Position numbers and translations under genes: made by a program
Part shown: positions 39,389 to 53,045 of the stretch, one piece after another
Layout of the letters: every line of letters starts with the position of its first letter
Numbering within the stretch: position 1 is the first letter of the stretch
NCBI GenBank assembly: GCA_038087875.1
Contig: CM075979.1
Coordinates: forward strand, 39,804,001-39,868,000
Source: Malacoraja senta
Lineage: Eukaryota
Direction of reading: 5' to 3'
DNA length: 64,000 nt
Notes under the pieces: generated by a model
Database searches by the model: none
Seen by the model: only the letters and a program-made list of their open reading frames with translations
What the model was told of the DNA's origin: nothing

Positions 39389-39932
39389 CTGGAGGCAAAG
39401 TAAACAAAATCAGGGTTTGTGAACCTGCATGTTATATCTTTATCTCTTCTGATGACCCTGGTTCATGCATTTCACTTAGTAAGAAAGTTTAAAACATGAG
39501 AATATTATTTCGCCGAATGCATCAAGGATCGGGACGTTCTGAACCACATCTGTGCAAGCACCAGGGTCTGGTTGTGAAGCATAACATTTTGGCAAAGCAA
39601 TTGCTGCTGACAGGCTGTGTAAAAGGGAATTGTAGAGTGAATGTAAAAGCACAATAAAGGAATCAGCAGACGATTACTTGACAACTGCAGAACGGATACT
39701 CAGTTGCATGATTCATTATTGCGAGGAGATGGCAATGTCTCCTGAAGGTGCGTGATCAGGCGTGTACAATTAACCTTGGAAATGGGTGGACATACGTTTT
39801 GCCAATGAAAAGCGTGTGATTATTTGCCATCCATTACCAATCAATGCTGCTACCATTTTCAGCCCTGGGATTATGGATTTATTTGTCTTTTCAATGTTCA
39901 TGGAAGAGCTCTGTGATAATTGACACACTTAC

Positions 39933-40145
39933 CAGGTAACATTATTCGCCCGTCATTCTCACAGGTACATGTGGTAGTTCCTCTTGATGTTGGTGTTACT
40001 GTCACTGTTGTAGCTGCTGTTGTAGTTTCTGCTGGTCTGGTTGTACTTTCACATCTTCCTGTGTACTTCATTACTTTACAATCTTCAGTACACAGAATAA
40101 AGTTACAGAGGCCTGATTTACCTGTAGACGTCACAGTTGCCTGAC
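39933..40145 (-). CDS. Repeat exon R11 (A type)
   Basis: 213 nt, splice sites intact. Confidence 0.85.
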
Positions 40146-40927
40146 CTGGAGACAAAACATTAAAATCAGGTTGTGTACACCTGAAGGTGATGTAACTGAT
40201 AAATATCTTTATGTATGATGTTGAATATGAGTATTTCAGTTGTGCAGAATTGTTGAGGAGGCTCTAATATAATTTCAATTAGTTTGTCTCAAGAATCAAT
40301 AAATTCTGTCCCTCCCCTGAGAAAATACCAGTTTGTGTTTTCATATCATAGCTTGTGGTTGGCAGGCCTTGCAAAATGGCATTGCCGATAGAATGGAAAA
40401 ACTCAACACAGAATCCAGCAGAAGAGTTAACGGGGATTGCAGTAAGGTTGCTTAGTTGCATCGTGTGTTTTTGTGAAGAAATATCATTTTCAGCGGGGCA
40501 TGATCAGGCCCATAACACAGCCATGGGATCGGGTGGACCACAGAATTTCTAGTACAGATGTGGAGGTTCGGAATTGTGTACAAACCTCTACTGATCAATT
40601 CTGCTGCTAATCTCATTGTAGGGATGTTGAACTGTATCGTAATATGATGTGGAATTTAAGGAGCATTTGAACCAAATATATCCTGTAGCTCTATGGTTGC
40701 AAGGAAGAAGGTCGCATTGGAGCAATGAAAAACTTTGACCACATTAACTCAAACAGAAATTCATTGAAAGCAAGAAGTTGCGATAATTTTTGTTGATGTA
40801 CAGTATAATGCATCAGCTTCATAATCTGATGCATTACTTGCAATCATCTGCACAAAGCTAAAGACTGAGGTAAACCTCTTACTTTGAAATGTGAATAGAA
40901 GAGCACTTTGATTACTGACACACTTAC

Positions 40928-41140
40928 CTGGTGACATTATATGTCCGTCAACATCACATGAACAGATTGTAGTTCCTTTTGACGTTGGTGTTACTGTCAC
41001 TGTTGTAGCTGATGTTGTGGTTTCTGCTGGTCTGGTCGTAGTTTCACATCTTCCTGTGTACTTCAGAACTTCACAATCCTCAGTACACAGAGTAAAGTTA
41101 CAGAGGCCTGATTTACCTGCAGAAATCACAGTTGCCTGAC
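40928..41140 (-). CDS. Repeat exon R12 (B type, VISAG variant)
   Basis: 213 nt, splice sites intact. Confidence 0.85.
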
Positions 41141-41702
41141 CTGGAGGTAAAGTAAAGAAAATGAGGGTTTGTGAACCTGCATGTTATTTAATCATAAAAT
41201 ATCTTTATCTCTGCTGATGACGCTGGTTCTTGCATTTCACTTAATAAGTACGTTTGAAATATGAGAATACTATTTCGCCGAATGCATCAAGGATCGGCAC
41301 GTTCTGAACCACATCTGTGCAAGCACCAGGGTCTGGTTGTGAAGCATAACATTTTGGCAAAGCCGGTTGCTGCTGACAGGCTGTGTAAAAGGGAATTGTA
41401 GAGTGAATGTAAAAGCACAATAAAGGAATCAGCAGACGATTACTTGACAACTGCAGAACGGATACTCAGTTGCATGATTCATTATTGCGAGGAGATGGCA
41501 ATGTCTCCTGAAGGTGCGTGATCAGGCGTGTACAATTAACCTTGGAAATGGGTGGACATACGTTTTCCCAATGAAAAGTAAGGGTGTGATTATTTGCCAT
41601 CCATTACCAATCAATGCTGCTGCCATTTTCAGCTTTGGGATTATGGATTTCTTTGTCTTTTCAATGTGAATGGAAGAGCTCTGTGATAATTGACACACTT
41701 AC

Positions 41703-41915
41703 CAGGTAACATTATTCGCCCGTCATTCTTACAGGTACATGTGGTAGTTCCTCTTGACGTTGGTGTTACTGTCACTGTTGTAGCTGCTGTTGTAGTTTCT
41801 GCTGGTCTGGTTGTACTTTCACATCTTCCTGTGTACTTCATAACTTTACAATCTTCAGTACACAGAATAAAGTTACAGAGGCCTGATTTACCTGTAGACG
41901 TCACAGTTGCCTGAC
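41703..41915 (-). CDS. Repeat exon R13 (A type)
   Basis: 213 nt, splice sites intact. Confidence 0.85.
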
Positions 41916-42697
41916 CTGGAGATAAAACATTAAAATCAGGTTGTGTACACCTGAAGGTGATGTAACTGATAAATATCTTTATGTATGATGTTGAATATGA
42001 GTATTTCAGTTGTGCAGAATTGTTGAGGAGGCTCTAATATAATTTCAATTAGTTTGTCTCAAGAATCAATAAATTCTGTCCCTCCCCTGAGAAAATACCA
42101 GTTTGTGTTTTCATATCGTAGCTTGTCGTTGGCAGGCCTTGGAAAATGGCATTGCCGATGGAATGGAAAAATTCAACACAGAATCCAGCAGAAGAATTAA
42201 CGGGAATTGCAGTAAGGTTGCTTAGTTGCATCGTGTATTTTTGTGAAGAAATATCATTTTCAGCGGGGCGTGATCAGGCCCATAACACAGCCATGGGATC
42301 GGGTGGACCACAGAATTTCTAGTACAGATGTGGAGGTTCGGAATTGTGTACAAACCTCTACTGATCAATTCTGCTGCTAATCTCAATGTAGGGATGTTGA
42401 ACTGTATCGTAATATGATGTTGAATTTAAGGAGCATTTGAACCAAATATATCCTGTAGCTCTATGGTTGCAAGGAAGAAGGTCGCATTGGAGCAATGAAA
42501 AACTTTGACCACATTAACTCAAACAGAAATTCATTGAAAGCAATAAGTTGCGATAATTTTTGTTGACGTATAGTATAATGCATCAGCTTCATAATCTGAT
42601 GCATTTCTTGCAATCATCTGAACAAAGCTAAAGACTGAGGTAAACCTCTGACTTTGAAATGTGAATAGAAGAGCACTTTGATTACTGACACACTTAC

Positions 42698-42910
42698 CTG
42701 GTGACATTATATGTCCGTCAACATCACATGAACAGATTGTAGTTCCTTTTGACGTTGGTGTTACTGTCACTATTGTAGCTGATGTTGTGGTTTCTGCTGG
42801 TCTGGTCGTAGTTTCACATCTTCCTGTGTACTTCAGAACTTCACAATCCTCAGTACACAGAGTAAAGTTACAGAGGCCTGATTTACCTGCAGAAGTCACA
42901 GTTGCCTGAC
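42698..42910 (-). CDS. Repeat exon R14 (B type)
   Basis: 213 nt, splice sites intact. Confidence 0.85.
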
Positions 42911-43552
42911 CTGGAGGCAAAGAAAAAAAATCAGATTGTGTCCACCTGAAGGTGATGTAACTGGTGACTATCTTTATGTATGATGTTGAAGCTGGTTCAT
43001 GTCTTTCACTTGGGAAATAAGTTTGAAATATGCGAATATTATTTTGCCGACTGCATCAAGGATCAGGATATTCTGAACCAAATCTGAGCAAACAGCATTG
43101 TCTGCGTTATTGGAGGTGGTTGGCAGCGGTTCTTCTAGCTCTGTCATTAATGCAAACAAACACAATTTTTTTCAACTGGGATGAATGGATACAAAAAATG
43201 GGAATCAGTTTTCCTTGATGGTGTTTGACATTGGTAGCTTTTGGACATTGGTGCTTTCAGGGAACTGCTTGACTCATCATTTCCAGACATTTCCCAGTTA
43301 TATTGTTGGCTCCTTAAGGACTCATGTGTAGCTTAACATCAGTTCTCCAAATTCTCTTTCCAGACTCTTTAAGTTTCACAATATTCCAAGATTCATTCTG
43401 AGATTTGGAACAACACCAACAGCCACCATGTAGACATACACACACTCGGCGCAGGAACTGCCTCTCAAATCCAATCCACCAGAGTCATAGTGTAGTACAG
43501 CATTGAAACTCATCCAAGCTAACCAAATTACCTAATTGAATGTCCCATTTAC

Positions 43553-43641
43553 CTGTGTTTGGCCCATAATCATTTGAACCTTAGTACACAGAGTAAAGTT
43601 ACACAGCCATGATTTATCGGCAGAAATCACCATTGCCTGAC
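43553..43641 (-). pseudogene. Half-exon H4 (acceptor intact)
   Basis: Same structure as H2. Confidence 0.8.
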
Positions 43642-44189
43642 CTGGAGGCAAAGTAAAGTAAATCAGGGTTTGTGAACCTGCATGTTATATCTTTATCTCT
43701 GCTGATGACCCTGGTTCATGCATTTCACTTAGTAAGTATGTTTGAAATATGAGAATATTATTTCGCAGAATGCATCAGGGATCGGGACGTTCTGAACCAC
43801 ATCTGTGCAAGCACCAGGGTCTGGTTGTGAAGCATAACATTTTGGCAAAGCAATTGCTGCTGACAGGCTGTGTAAAAGGGAATTGTAGAGTGAATGTAAA
43901 AGCACAATAAAGGAATCAGCAGACGATTACTTGGCAACTGCAGAACGGATACTCAGTTGCATGATTCATTATTGCGAGGAGATGGCAATGTCTCCTGAAG
44001 GTGCGTGATCAGGCGTGTACAATTAACCTTGGAAATGGGTGGACATACGTTTACCCAATGAAAAGCAAGGGTGTGATTATTTGCCATCCATTGCCAATCA
44101 TTGCTGCTGCCATTTTCAGCTTTGGGATTATGGATTTCTTTGTCTTTTCAATGTGAATGGAAGAGCTCTGTGATAATTGACACACTTAC

Positions 44190-44402
44190 CAGGTAACATT
44201 ATTCTCCCGTCATTCTCACAGGTACATGTGGTAGTTCGCCTTGACGTTGGTGTTACTGTCACTGTTGTAGCTGCTGTTGTAGTTTCTGCTGGTCTGGTTG
44301 TACTTTCACATCTTCCTGTGTACTTCATAACTTTACAATCTTCAGTACACAGAATAAAGTTACAGAGGCCTGATTTACCTGTAGACGTCACAGTTGCCTG
44401 AC
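44190..44402 (-). CDS. Repeat exon R15 (A type)
   Basis: 213 nt, splice sites intact. Confidence 0.85.
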
Positions 44403-45184
44403 CTGGAGACAAAACATTAAAATCAGGTTGTGTACACCTGAAGGTGATGTAACTGATAAATATCTTCATGTATGATGTTGAATATGAATATTTCAGTTGT
44501 GCAGAATTGTTGAGGAGGCTCTAATATAATTTCAATGAGTTTGTGTCAAGAATCAATAAATTCTGTCCCCCCCCTGAGAAAAAGCAGTATGTGTTTTCAT
44601 ATCATAGCTTGTGCTTGGCAGGCCTTGCAAAATGGCATTGCCGATAGAATGGAAAAACTCAACACAGAATCCAGCAGAAGAGTTAACGGGAATTGCAGTA
44701 AGGTTGCTTAGTTGCATCGTGTATTTTTGTAAAGAAATATCATTTTCAGCGGTGCATGATCAGGCCCATAACACAGCCATGGGATCGGGTGGACCACAGA
44801 ATTTCTAGTAACAGATGTGGAGATTCGGAATTGTGTACAAACCTCTACTGATCAATTCTGCTGCTAATCTCAATGTAGGGATGTTGAACTGTATCGTAAT
44901 ATGATGTTGAATTTAAGGAGCATTTGAACCAAATATATCCTGTAGCTCTATGGTTGCAAGGAAGAAGGTCGCATTGGAGCGATGAAAAACTTTGACCACA
45001 TTAACTCAAACGGAAATTCATTGAAAGCAATATGTTGCGATAATTTTTGTTGACGTATAGTATAATCCATCAGCTTCATAATCTGATGCATTTCTTGCAA
45101 TCATCTGCACAAAGCTAAAGACTGAGGTATACCTCTTACTTTGAAATGTGAATAGAAGAGCACTTTGATTACTGACACACTTAC

Positions 45185-45397
45185 CTGGTGACATTATATG
45201 TCCGTCAACATCACATGAACAGATTGTAGTTCCTTTTGACGTTGGTGTTACTGTCACTATTGTAGCTGATGTTGTGGTTTCTGCTGGTCTGGTCGTAGTT
45301 TCACATCTTCCTGTGTACTTCAGAACTTCACAATCCTCAGTACACAGAGTAAAGTTACAGAGGCCTGATTTACCTGCAGAAATCACAGTTGCCTGAC
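45185..45397 (-). CDS. Repeat exon R16 (B type, VISAG variant)
   Basis: 213 nt, splice sites intact. Confidence 0.85.
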
Positions 45398-45948
45398 CTG
45401 GAGGTAAAGTAAAGAAAATCAGGGTTTGTGAACCTGCATGTTATATAATCATAAAATATCTTTATCTCTGCTGATGACGCTGGTTCTTGCATTTCACTTA
45501 GTAAGTACGTTTGAAATATGAGAATATTATTTCGCCGAATGCATCAAGGATCGGGACGTTCTGAACCACATCTGTGCAAGCACCAGAGTCTGGTTGTGAA
45601 GCATAACATTTTGGCAAAGCAATTGCTGCTGACAGGCTGTGTAAAAGGGAATTGTAGAGTGGATGTAAAAGCACAATAAAGGAATCAGCAGACGATTACT
45701 TGACAACTGCAGAACGGATATTCAGTTGCATGATTCATTATTGCGAGGAGATGGCTATTTCTCCTGAAGGTGCGTGATCAGGCATGTACAGTTAACCGTG
45801 GAGATACGTTTTCCCAATGAAAAGCAAGGGTGTGATTATTTGCCATCCATTGCCAATCAATGCTGCTGCCATTTTCAGCTTTGGGATTATGGATTTCTTT
45901 GTCTTTTCAATGTGAATGGAAGAGCTCTGTGATAATTGACACACTTAC

Positions 45949-46161
45949 CAGGTAACATTATTCGCCCGTCATTCTCACAGGTACATGTGGTAGTTCCTCT
46001 TGACATTGGTGTTACTGTCACTGTTGTAGCTGATGTTGTAGTTTCTGCTGGTCTGGTTGTACTTTCACATCTTCCTGTGTACTTCATAACTTTACAATCT
46101 TCAGTACACAGAATAAAGTTACAGAGGCCTGATTTACCTGTAGACGTCACAGTTGCCTGAC
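45949..46161 (-). CDS. Repeat exon R17 (A type)
   Basis: 213 nt, splice sites intact. Confidence 0.85.
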
Positions 46162-46909
46162 CTGGAGGCAAAGAAAAGAAAATCAGGTAGTAATTTCAAA
46201 GTGTTTGCATCAAGAATCAAGAAATTATGTACCTCCCTTGATCAAACACAGTGCGTGATTTCATATCGTAGCTTGTGGCTGGCAGGCCTTGTAAAAGGGA
46301 ATTGCGGAGAGAATATAATACAGAAATCAGCAGAAGAGTGAGCGGCAATTGCATTAAGGTTGCTCAGTTGCGTAGTTCATTTTTGGGCAGAAATAACTTT
46401 TTTCACGGGAGGCATGATCTGGCCCATAACAGAAACCATGGGCGGACCACAATATTTCCAGTATAAAAGTGTAGGTCCACATTGTGAGCAAACCTCTCTG
46501 ATCAATGCTGATGTCAAGCACAATGTAGGGGTGTTGAACTTTATCGTAACAAGATGTTGCATTTAAGGAGCATTTGATTCAAATATATCCTGTTGCTCAG
46601 TGGTTGGAGGAAGAAGCCTCCGGTGATTTTAAACTATTAAGAGCTTCAACCACATTAACTCAAATGGAAAAAACTAAGAAAGCAAAAAGATTCTATAATT
46701 TATGTTGACATGTTTAGAACTGTGTATCAACTTCATAATTGGATGCATTTCTTGCTATCATCTGCACTTAGCAAGAGACAGATGTCGGTTCCATAGATGC
46801 TGCCTCACCCGCTGAGTCTCACCAGCATTTTTGTCTACCCAAGAGACAGCTGTAAAGCTCTTTCTTTGGAATGTGAACAGAAGAGCACTTTGATAACTGA
46901 CACACTTAC

Positions 46910-47122
46910 CTGGTGACATTATATGTCCGTCAACATCACATGAACAGATTGTAGTTCCTTTTGACGTTGGTGTTACTGTGACTGTTGTAGCTGATGTTGT
47001 GGTTTCTGCTGGTCTGGTTGTAGTTTCACATCTTCCTGTGTACTTCAGAACTTCACAATCCTCAGTACACAGAGTAAAGTTACAGAGGCCTGATTTACCT
47101 GCAGAAGTCACAGTTGCCTGAC
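46910..47122 (-). CDS. Repeat exon R18 (B type)
   Basis: 213 nt, splice sites intact. Confidence 0.85.
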
Positions 47123-47755
47123 CTGGAGGCAAAGAAAAAAAATCAGATTGTGTACACGTCAAGGTGATGCAACTGATGACTATCTTTATGTATGATGTTG
47201 AAGCTGGTTCTTGTCTTTCACTTGGGAAATAAGTTTGAAATATGTGAATATTATTTTGCTGTCTGCATCAAGGATCAGGATTTTCTGAACCAAATCTGAG
47301 CAAACAGCATTGTCTGCGTTTTTGGAGCTGGTTGGCAGCAGTTCTTCTAGCTCTGTCATTAATGCAAACAAACACACTTTTTTTCAACTGGGATGAATGG
47401 ATACAAAAAATGAAAATCAGTTTTCCTTGATGGTGTTTGACATTGGTAGCTTTTGGACATCAGTGCTTTCAGGGACTCCTCATTTCCAGACATTTCCCAG
47501 ATATAGTGATGGCTCCTTAAGGATTCATGTGTAACTTAACATCAGTTCTCCAAATTCTCTTTACAGACTCTTTAAGTTTCACAATATTCCAAGATTCATT
47601 CTGAGATTTGGAACAACACCAACAGCCACCATGTAGACATACACACACTAGGTGCAGGAACTGCCTCTCAAATCCAATCCACCTGAGTCATAGTGATATA
47701 CAGCATTGAAACTCATCCAAGCTAACCAAATTACCTAATTGAATGTCCCATTTAC

Positions 47756-47844
47756 CTGTGTTTGGCCCATAATCATTTGAACCTTAGTACACAGAGTAAA
47801 GTTACACAGCCCTGATTTACCGGCAGAAATCACCATTGCCTGAC
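47756..47844 (-). pseudogene. Half-exon H5 (acceptor intact)
   Basis: Same structure as H2. Confidence 0.8.
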
Positions 47845-48388
47845 CTGGAGGCAAAGTAAAGAAAATCAGGGTTTGTGAACCTGCATGTTATATCTTTATC
47901 TCTGCTGATGACCCAGGTTCATGCATTTCACTTAGTAAGAAAGTTTAAAATATGAGAATATCATTTCGCCGAATGCATCAAGGATCGGGACGTTCTGAAC
48001 CACATCTGTGCAAGCACCAGGGTCTGGTTGTGAAGCATAACATTTTGGCAAAGCAATTGCTGCTGACAGGCTGTGTAAAAGGGAATTGTAGAGTGAATGT
48101 AAAAGCACAATAAATGAATCAGCAGACGATTACATGACAACTGCAGAACGGATACTCAGTTGCATGATTCATTATTGGAAGGAGATGGCAATGTCTCCTG
48201 AAGGTGCGTGATCAGGCGTGTAGAATTAACCTTGGAAATGGGTGGACATACGTTTTGCCAATGAAAAGCGTGTGATTATTTGCCATCCATTACCAATCAA
48301 TGCTGCTACCATTTTCAGCCCTGGGATTATGGATTTATTTGTCTTTTCAATGTTCAAGGAAGAGCTCTGTGATAATTGACACACTTAC

Positions 48389-48601
48389 CAGGTAACATTA
48401 TTCGCCCGTCATTCTCACAGGTACATGTGGTAGTTCCTCTTGATGTTGGTGTTACTGTCACTGTTGTAGCTGCTGTTGTAGTTTCTGCTGGTCTGGTTGT
48501 ACTTTCACATCTTCCTGTGTACTTCATAACTTTACAATCTTCAGTACACAGAATAAAGTTACAGAGTCCTGATTTACCTGTAGACGTCACAGTTGCCTGA
48601 C
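48389..48601 (-). CDS. Repeat exon R19 (A type)
   Basis: 213 nt, splice sites intact. Confidence 0.85.
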
Positions 48602-49371
48602 CTGGAGACAAAACATTAAAATCAGGTTGTGTACACCTGAAGGTGATGTAACTGATAAATATCTTTATGTATGATGTTGAATATGAGTATTTCAGTTGTG
48701 CAGAATTGTTGAGGAGGCTCTAATATAATTTCAATTAGTTTGTCTCAAGAATCAATAAATTCTGTCCCTCCCATGAGAAAATACCAGTTTGTCTTTTCAT
48801 ATCATAGCTTGTGGTTGGCAGGCCTTGCAAAATGGCATTGCCGATAGAATGGAAAAACTCAACACAGAATCCAGCAGAAGAGTTAACGGGAATTGCAGTA
48901 AGGTTGCTTAGTTGCATCGTGTATTTTTGTGAAGAAATATCATTTTCTGCGGGGCATGATCAGGCCCATAACACAGCCATGGGATCGGGTGGACCACAGA
49001 ATTTCTAGTACAGATGTGGAGGTTCGGAATTGTGTACAAACCTCTACTGATCAATTCTGCTGCTAATCTCAATGTAGGGATGTTGAACTGTATCGTAATA
49101 TGATGTGGAATTTAAGGAGCATTTGAACCAAATATATCCTGTAGCTCTATTGTTGCAAGGAAGAAGGTCGCATTGGAGCAATGAAAAACTTTGACCACAT
49201 TAACTCATTGAAAGCAAGAAGTTGTGATAATTTTTGTTGATGTACAGTATAATGCATCAGCTTCATAAGCTGATGCATTACTTGCAATCATCTGCACAAA
49301 GCTAAAGACTGAGGTAAACTTCTTACTTTGAAATGTGAATAGAAGAGCACTTTGATTACTGACACACTTAC

Positions 49372-49584
49372 CTGGTGACATTATATTTCCGTCAACATCA
49401 CATGAACAGATTGTAGTTCCTTTTGACGTTGGTGTTACTGTCACTGTTGTAGCTGATGTTGTGGTTTCTGCTGGTCTGGTCGTAGTTTCACATCTTCCTG
49501 TGTACTTCAGAACTTCACAATCCTCAGTACACAGAGTAAAGTTACAGAGGCCTGATTTACCTGCAGAAATCACAGTTGCCTGAC
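49372..49584 (-). CDS. Repeat exon R20 (B type, VISAG variant)
   Basis: 213 nt, splice sites intact. Confidence 0.85.
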
Positions 49585-50142
49585 CTGGAGGTAAAGTAAA
49601 GAAAATCAGGGTTTGTGAACCTGCATGTTATTTAATCATAAAATATCTTTATCTCCGCTGATGACGCTGGTTCTTGCATTTCACTTAATAAGTACGTTTG
49701 AAATATGAGAATACTATTTCGCCGAATGCATCAAGGATCGGGACGTTCTGAACCACATCTGTGCAAGCACCAGGGTCTGGTTGTGAAGCATAACATTTTG
49801 GCAAAGTCGGTTGCTGCTGACAGGCTGTGTAAAAGGGAATTGTAGAGTGGATGTAAAAGCACAATAAAGGAATCAGCAGACGATTACTTGACAACTGCAG
49901 AACGGATACTCAGTTGCATGATTCATTATTGCGAGGAGATGGCAATGTCTCCTGAAGGTGCGTGATCAGGCGTGTGCAATTAACCTTGGAAATGGGTGGA
50001 CATACGTTTTCCCAATGAAAAGCGTGTGATTATTTGCCATCCATTACCAATCAATGCTGCTACCATTTTCAGCCCTGGGATTATGGATTTATTTGTCTTT
50101 TCAATGTGAATGGAAGAGCTCTGTGATAATTGACACACTTAC

Positions 50143-50355
50143 CAGGTAACATTATTCGCCCGTCATTCTCACAGGTACATGTGGTAGTTCCTCTTGACGT
50201 TGGTGTTACTGTCACTGTTGTAGCTGCTGTTGTAGTTTCTGCTGGTCTGGTTGTACTTTCACATCTTCCTGTGTACTTCATAACTTTACAATCTTCAGTA
50301 CACAGAATAAAGTTACAGAGGCCTGATTTATCTGTAGACGTCACAGTTGCCTGAC
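50143..50355 (-). CDS. Repeat exon R21 (A type)
   Basis: 213 nt, splice sites intact. Confidence 0.85.
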
Positions 50356-51136
50356 CTGGAGACAAAACATTAAAATCAGGTTGTGTACACCTGAAGGTGA
50401 TGTAACTGATAAATATCTTTATGTATGATGTTGAATATGAATATTTCAGTTGTGCAGAATTGTTGAGGAGGCTCTAATGTAATTTCAATGTGTTTGTCTC
50501 AAGAATCAATAAATTCTGTCCCTCCCCTGAAAAATACCAGTGTGTGTTTTCATATCGTAGCTTGTGGTTGGCAGGCCTTGCAAAATGGCATTGCCGATAG
50601 AATGGAAAAACTCAACACAGAATCCAGCAGAAGAGTTAACGGGAATTACAGTAAGGTTGCTTAGTTGCATTGTGTATTTTTGTGAAGAAATATCATTTTC
50701 AGCAGGGCATGATCAGGCCCATAACACAGCCATGGGATCGGGTGGACCACAGAATTTCTAGTACAGATGTGGAGGTTCGGAATTGTGTACAAACCTCTAC
50801 TGATCAATTCTGCTGCTAATCTCAATGTAGGGATGTTGAACTGTATCGTAATATGATGTTGAATTTAAGGAGCATTTGAACCAAATATATCCTGTAGCTC
50901 TATGGTTGCAAGGAAGAAGGTCGCATTGGAGCTATGAAAAACTTTGACCTCATTAACTCAAACGGAAATTCATTGAAAGCAATAAGTTGCGATAATTTTT
51001 GTTGACGTATAGTATAATGCATCAGCTTCATAATCTGATGCATTTCTTGCAATCATCTGCACAAAGCTAAAGACTGAGGTAAACCTCTTACTTTGAAATG
51101 TGAATAGAAGAGCACTTTGATTACTGACACACTTAC

Positions 51137-51349
51137 CTGGTGACATTATATGTCCGTCAACATCACATGAACAGATTGTAGTTCCTTTTGACGTTGGTGT
51201 TACTGTCACTATTGTTGTTGATGTTGTGGTTTCTGCTGGTCTGGTCGTAGTTTCACATCTTCCTGTGTACTTCAGAACTTCACAATCCTCAGTACACAGA
51301 GTAAAGTTACAGAGGCCTGATTTACCTGCAGAAGTCACAGTTGCCTGAC
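51137..51349 (-). CDS. Repeat exon R22 (B type)
   Basis: 213 nt, splice sites intact. Confidence 0.85.
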
Positions 51350-51990
51350 CTGGAAGCAAAGAGAAAAAAATAATCAGATTGTGTCCACCTGGTGATGTAA
51401 CTGGTGACTATCTTTATGTATGATGTTGAAGCTGGTTCATGTCTTTCACTTCGGAAATAAGTTTGAAATATGCGAATATTATTTTGCCGACTGCATCAAG
51501 GATCAGGATGTTCTGAACCAAATCTGAGCAAACAGCATTGTCTGCGTTTTTGGAGCTGGTTGGCAGCGATTCTTCTAGGTCTGTCAATAATGCAAACAAA
51601 CACAATCTTTTTCAACTGGGATGAATGGATACAAAAAATGGGAATCAGATTTGCTTGATGGTGTTTGACATTGGTAGCTTTTGGACATTGGTGCTTTCAG
51701 GGAACTGCTTGACTCATCATTTCCAGACATTTCCCAGATATAGTGATGGCTCCTTAAGGTCTCATGTGTAAATTAACATCAGTTCTCCAAATTCTCTTTC
51801 CAGACTCTTTAAGTTTCACAATATTCCAAGATTCTTCTGAGATTTGGAACAACACCAACAGCCACCATGTAGACATACACACACTAGGAGCAGGAACTGC
51901 CTCTCAAATCCAAGCCACCAGAGTCATAGTGTTATACAGCATGAAACTCATCCAAACTAACCAAATTACCTAATTGAATGTCCCATTTAC

Positions 51991-52079
51991 CTGTGTTTGA
52001 CCCATAATCATTTGAACCTTAGTAAACAGAGTAAAGTTACACAGCCCTGATTTACTGACAGACATCAACATTGCCTGAC
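51991..52079 (-). pseudogene. Half-exon H6 (acceptor CAG changed to CAA, sister of H1)
   Basis: Same structure as H1. Confidence 0.8.
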
Positions 52080-52138
52080 TTGGAGGCAAAGTAAAGAAAA
52101 TCAGGGTTTGTGAACCTGCATGTTATATCTTTATCTCT

Positions 52139-52583
52139 CGCTCAAAAAGGGGATTGCAAGCATGTTGGATACCGCACATCTTGAGGAAATGCGATTCCTC
52201 CTAATAGATAAATCAGACCAATTCATAACGAGTTGGTCCCCATTTGTCGTCTTTTTGGAATCATATGGTGCAACACAATTGTAAAAGCTAATTGTCTCGG
52301 GACTGGGCGAGGGATGGTCAAGAGTATAAATAATGATCTCCTTACTTTTCTTTTCTTTAACTTTCTTCTTTCATTCTTTTTTCTACTTTTTCACACACTA
52401 TATATCTCACGTTTTTCTATACTTTATTATCTAATTTCTTTTTCTTATTCTTCTTTATTATAATAAAAAAATAAGAAGCTGTACATAAAATGTATTATGA
52501 AAATATATATTAGGCACTTTGGTGCCATACGATTGTACTTAATTCTAATAAAATAAAAATATTTTTTTTTAAAAATTAAAAAA
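52139..52583 (+). mobile_element. Duplicated copy of the short L1 3' end, same site and TSD
   Basis: Near-identical to 33878-34324; TSD at 52127-52138 and 52584-52595. Confidence 0.85.
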
Positions 52584-53045
52584 ATCTTTATCTCTGCTGA
52601 TGACCCTGGTTCATGCATTTCACTTAGTAAGTATGTTTGAAATATGAGAATATTATTTCGCCGAATGCGTCAAGGATCGGGACGTTCTTAACCACATCTG
52701 TGCAAGCACCATGGTCTGGTTGTGAAGCATAACATTTTGGCAAAGCTGGTTACTGCTGACAGGCTGTGTAAAAGGGAATTGTAGAGTGAATGTAAAAGCA
52801 CAATACAGGAATCAGCAGACGATTACTTGACAACTGCAGAACGGATACTCAGTTGCATGATTCATTATTGCGAGGAGATGGCAATGTCTCCTGAAGGTGC
52901 GTGATCAGGCGTGTACAATTAAACTTGGAAATGGGTGGACATACGTTTACCCAATGAAAAGCAAGGGTGTGATTATTTGCCATCCATTACCAATCAATGC
53001 TGCTGCCATTTTCCGCCCTGGGATTATGGATTTCTTTGTCTTTTC

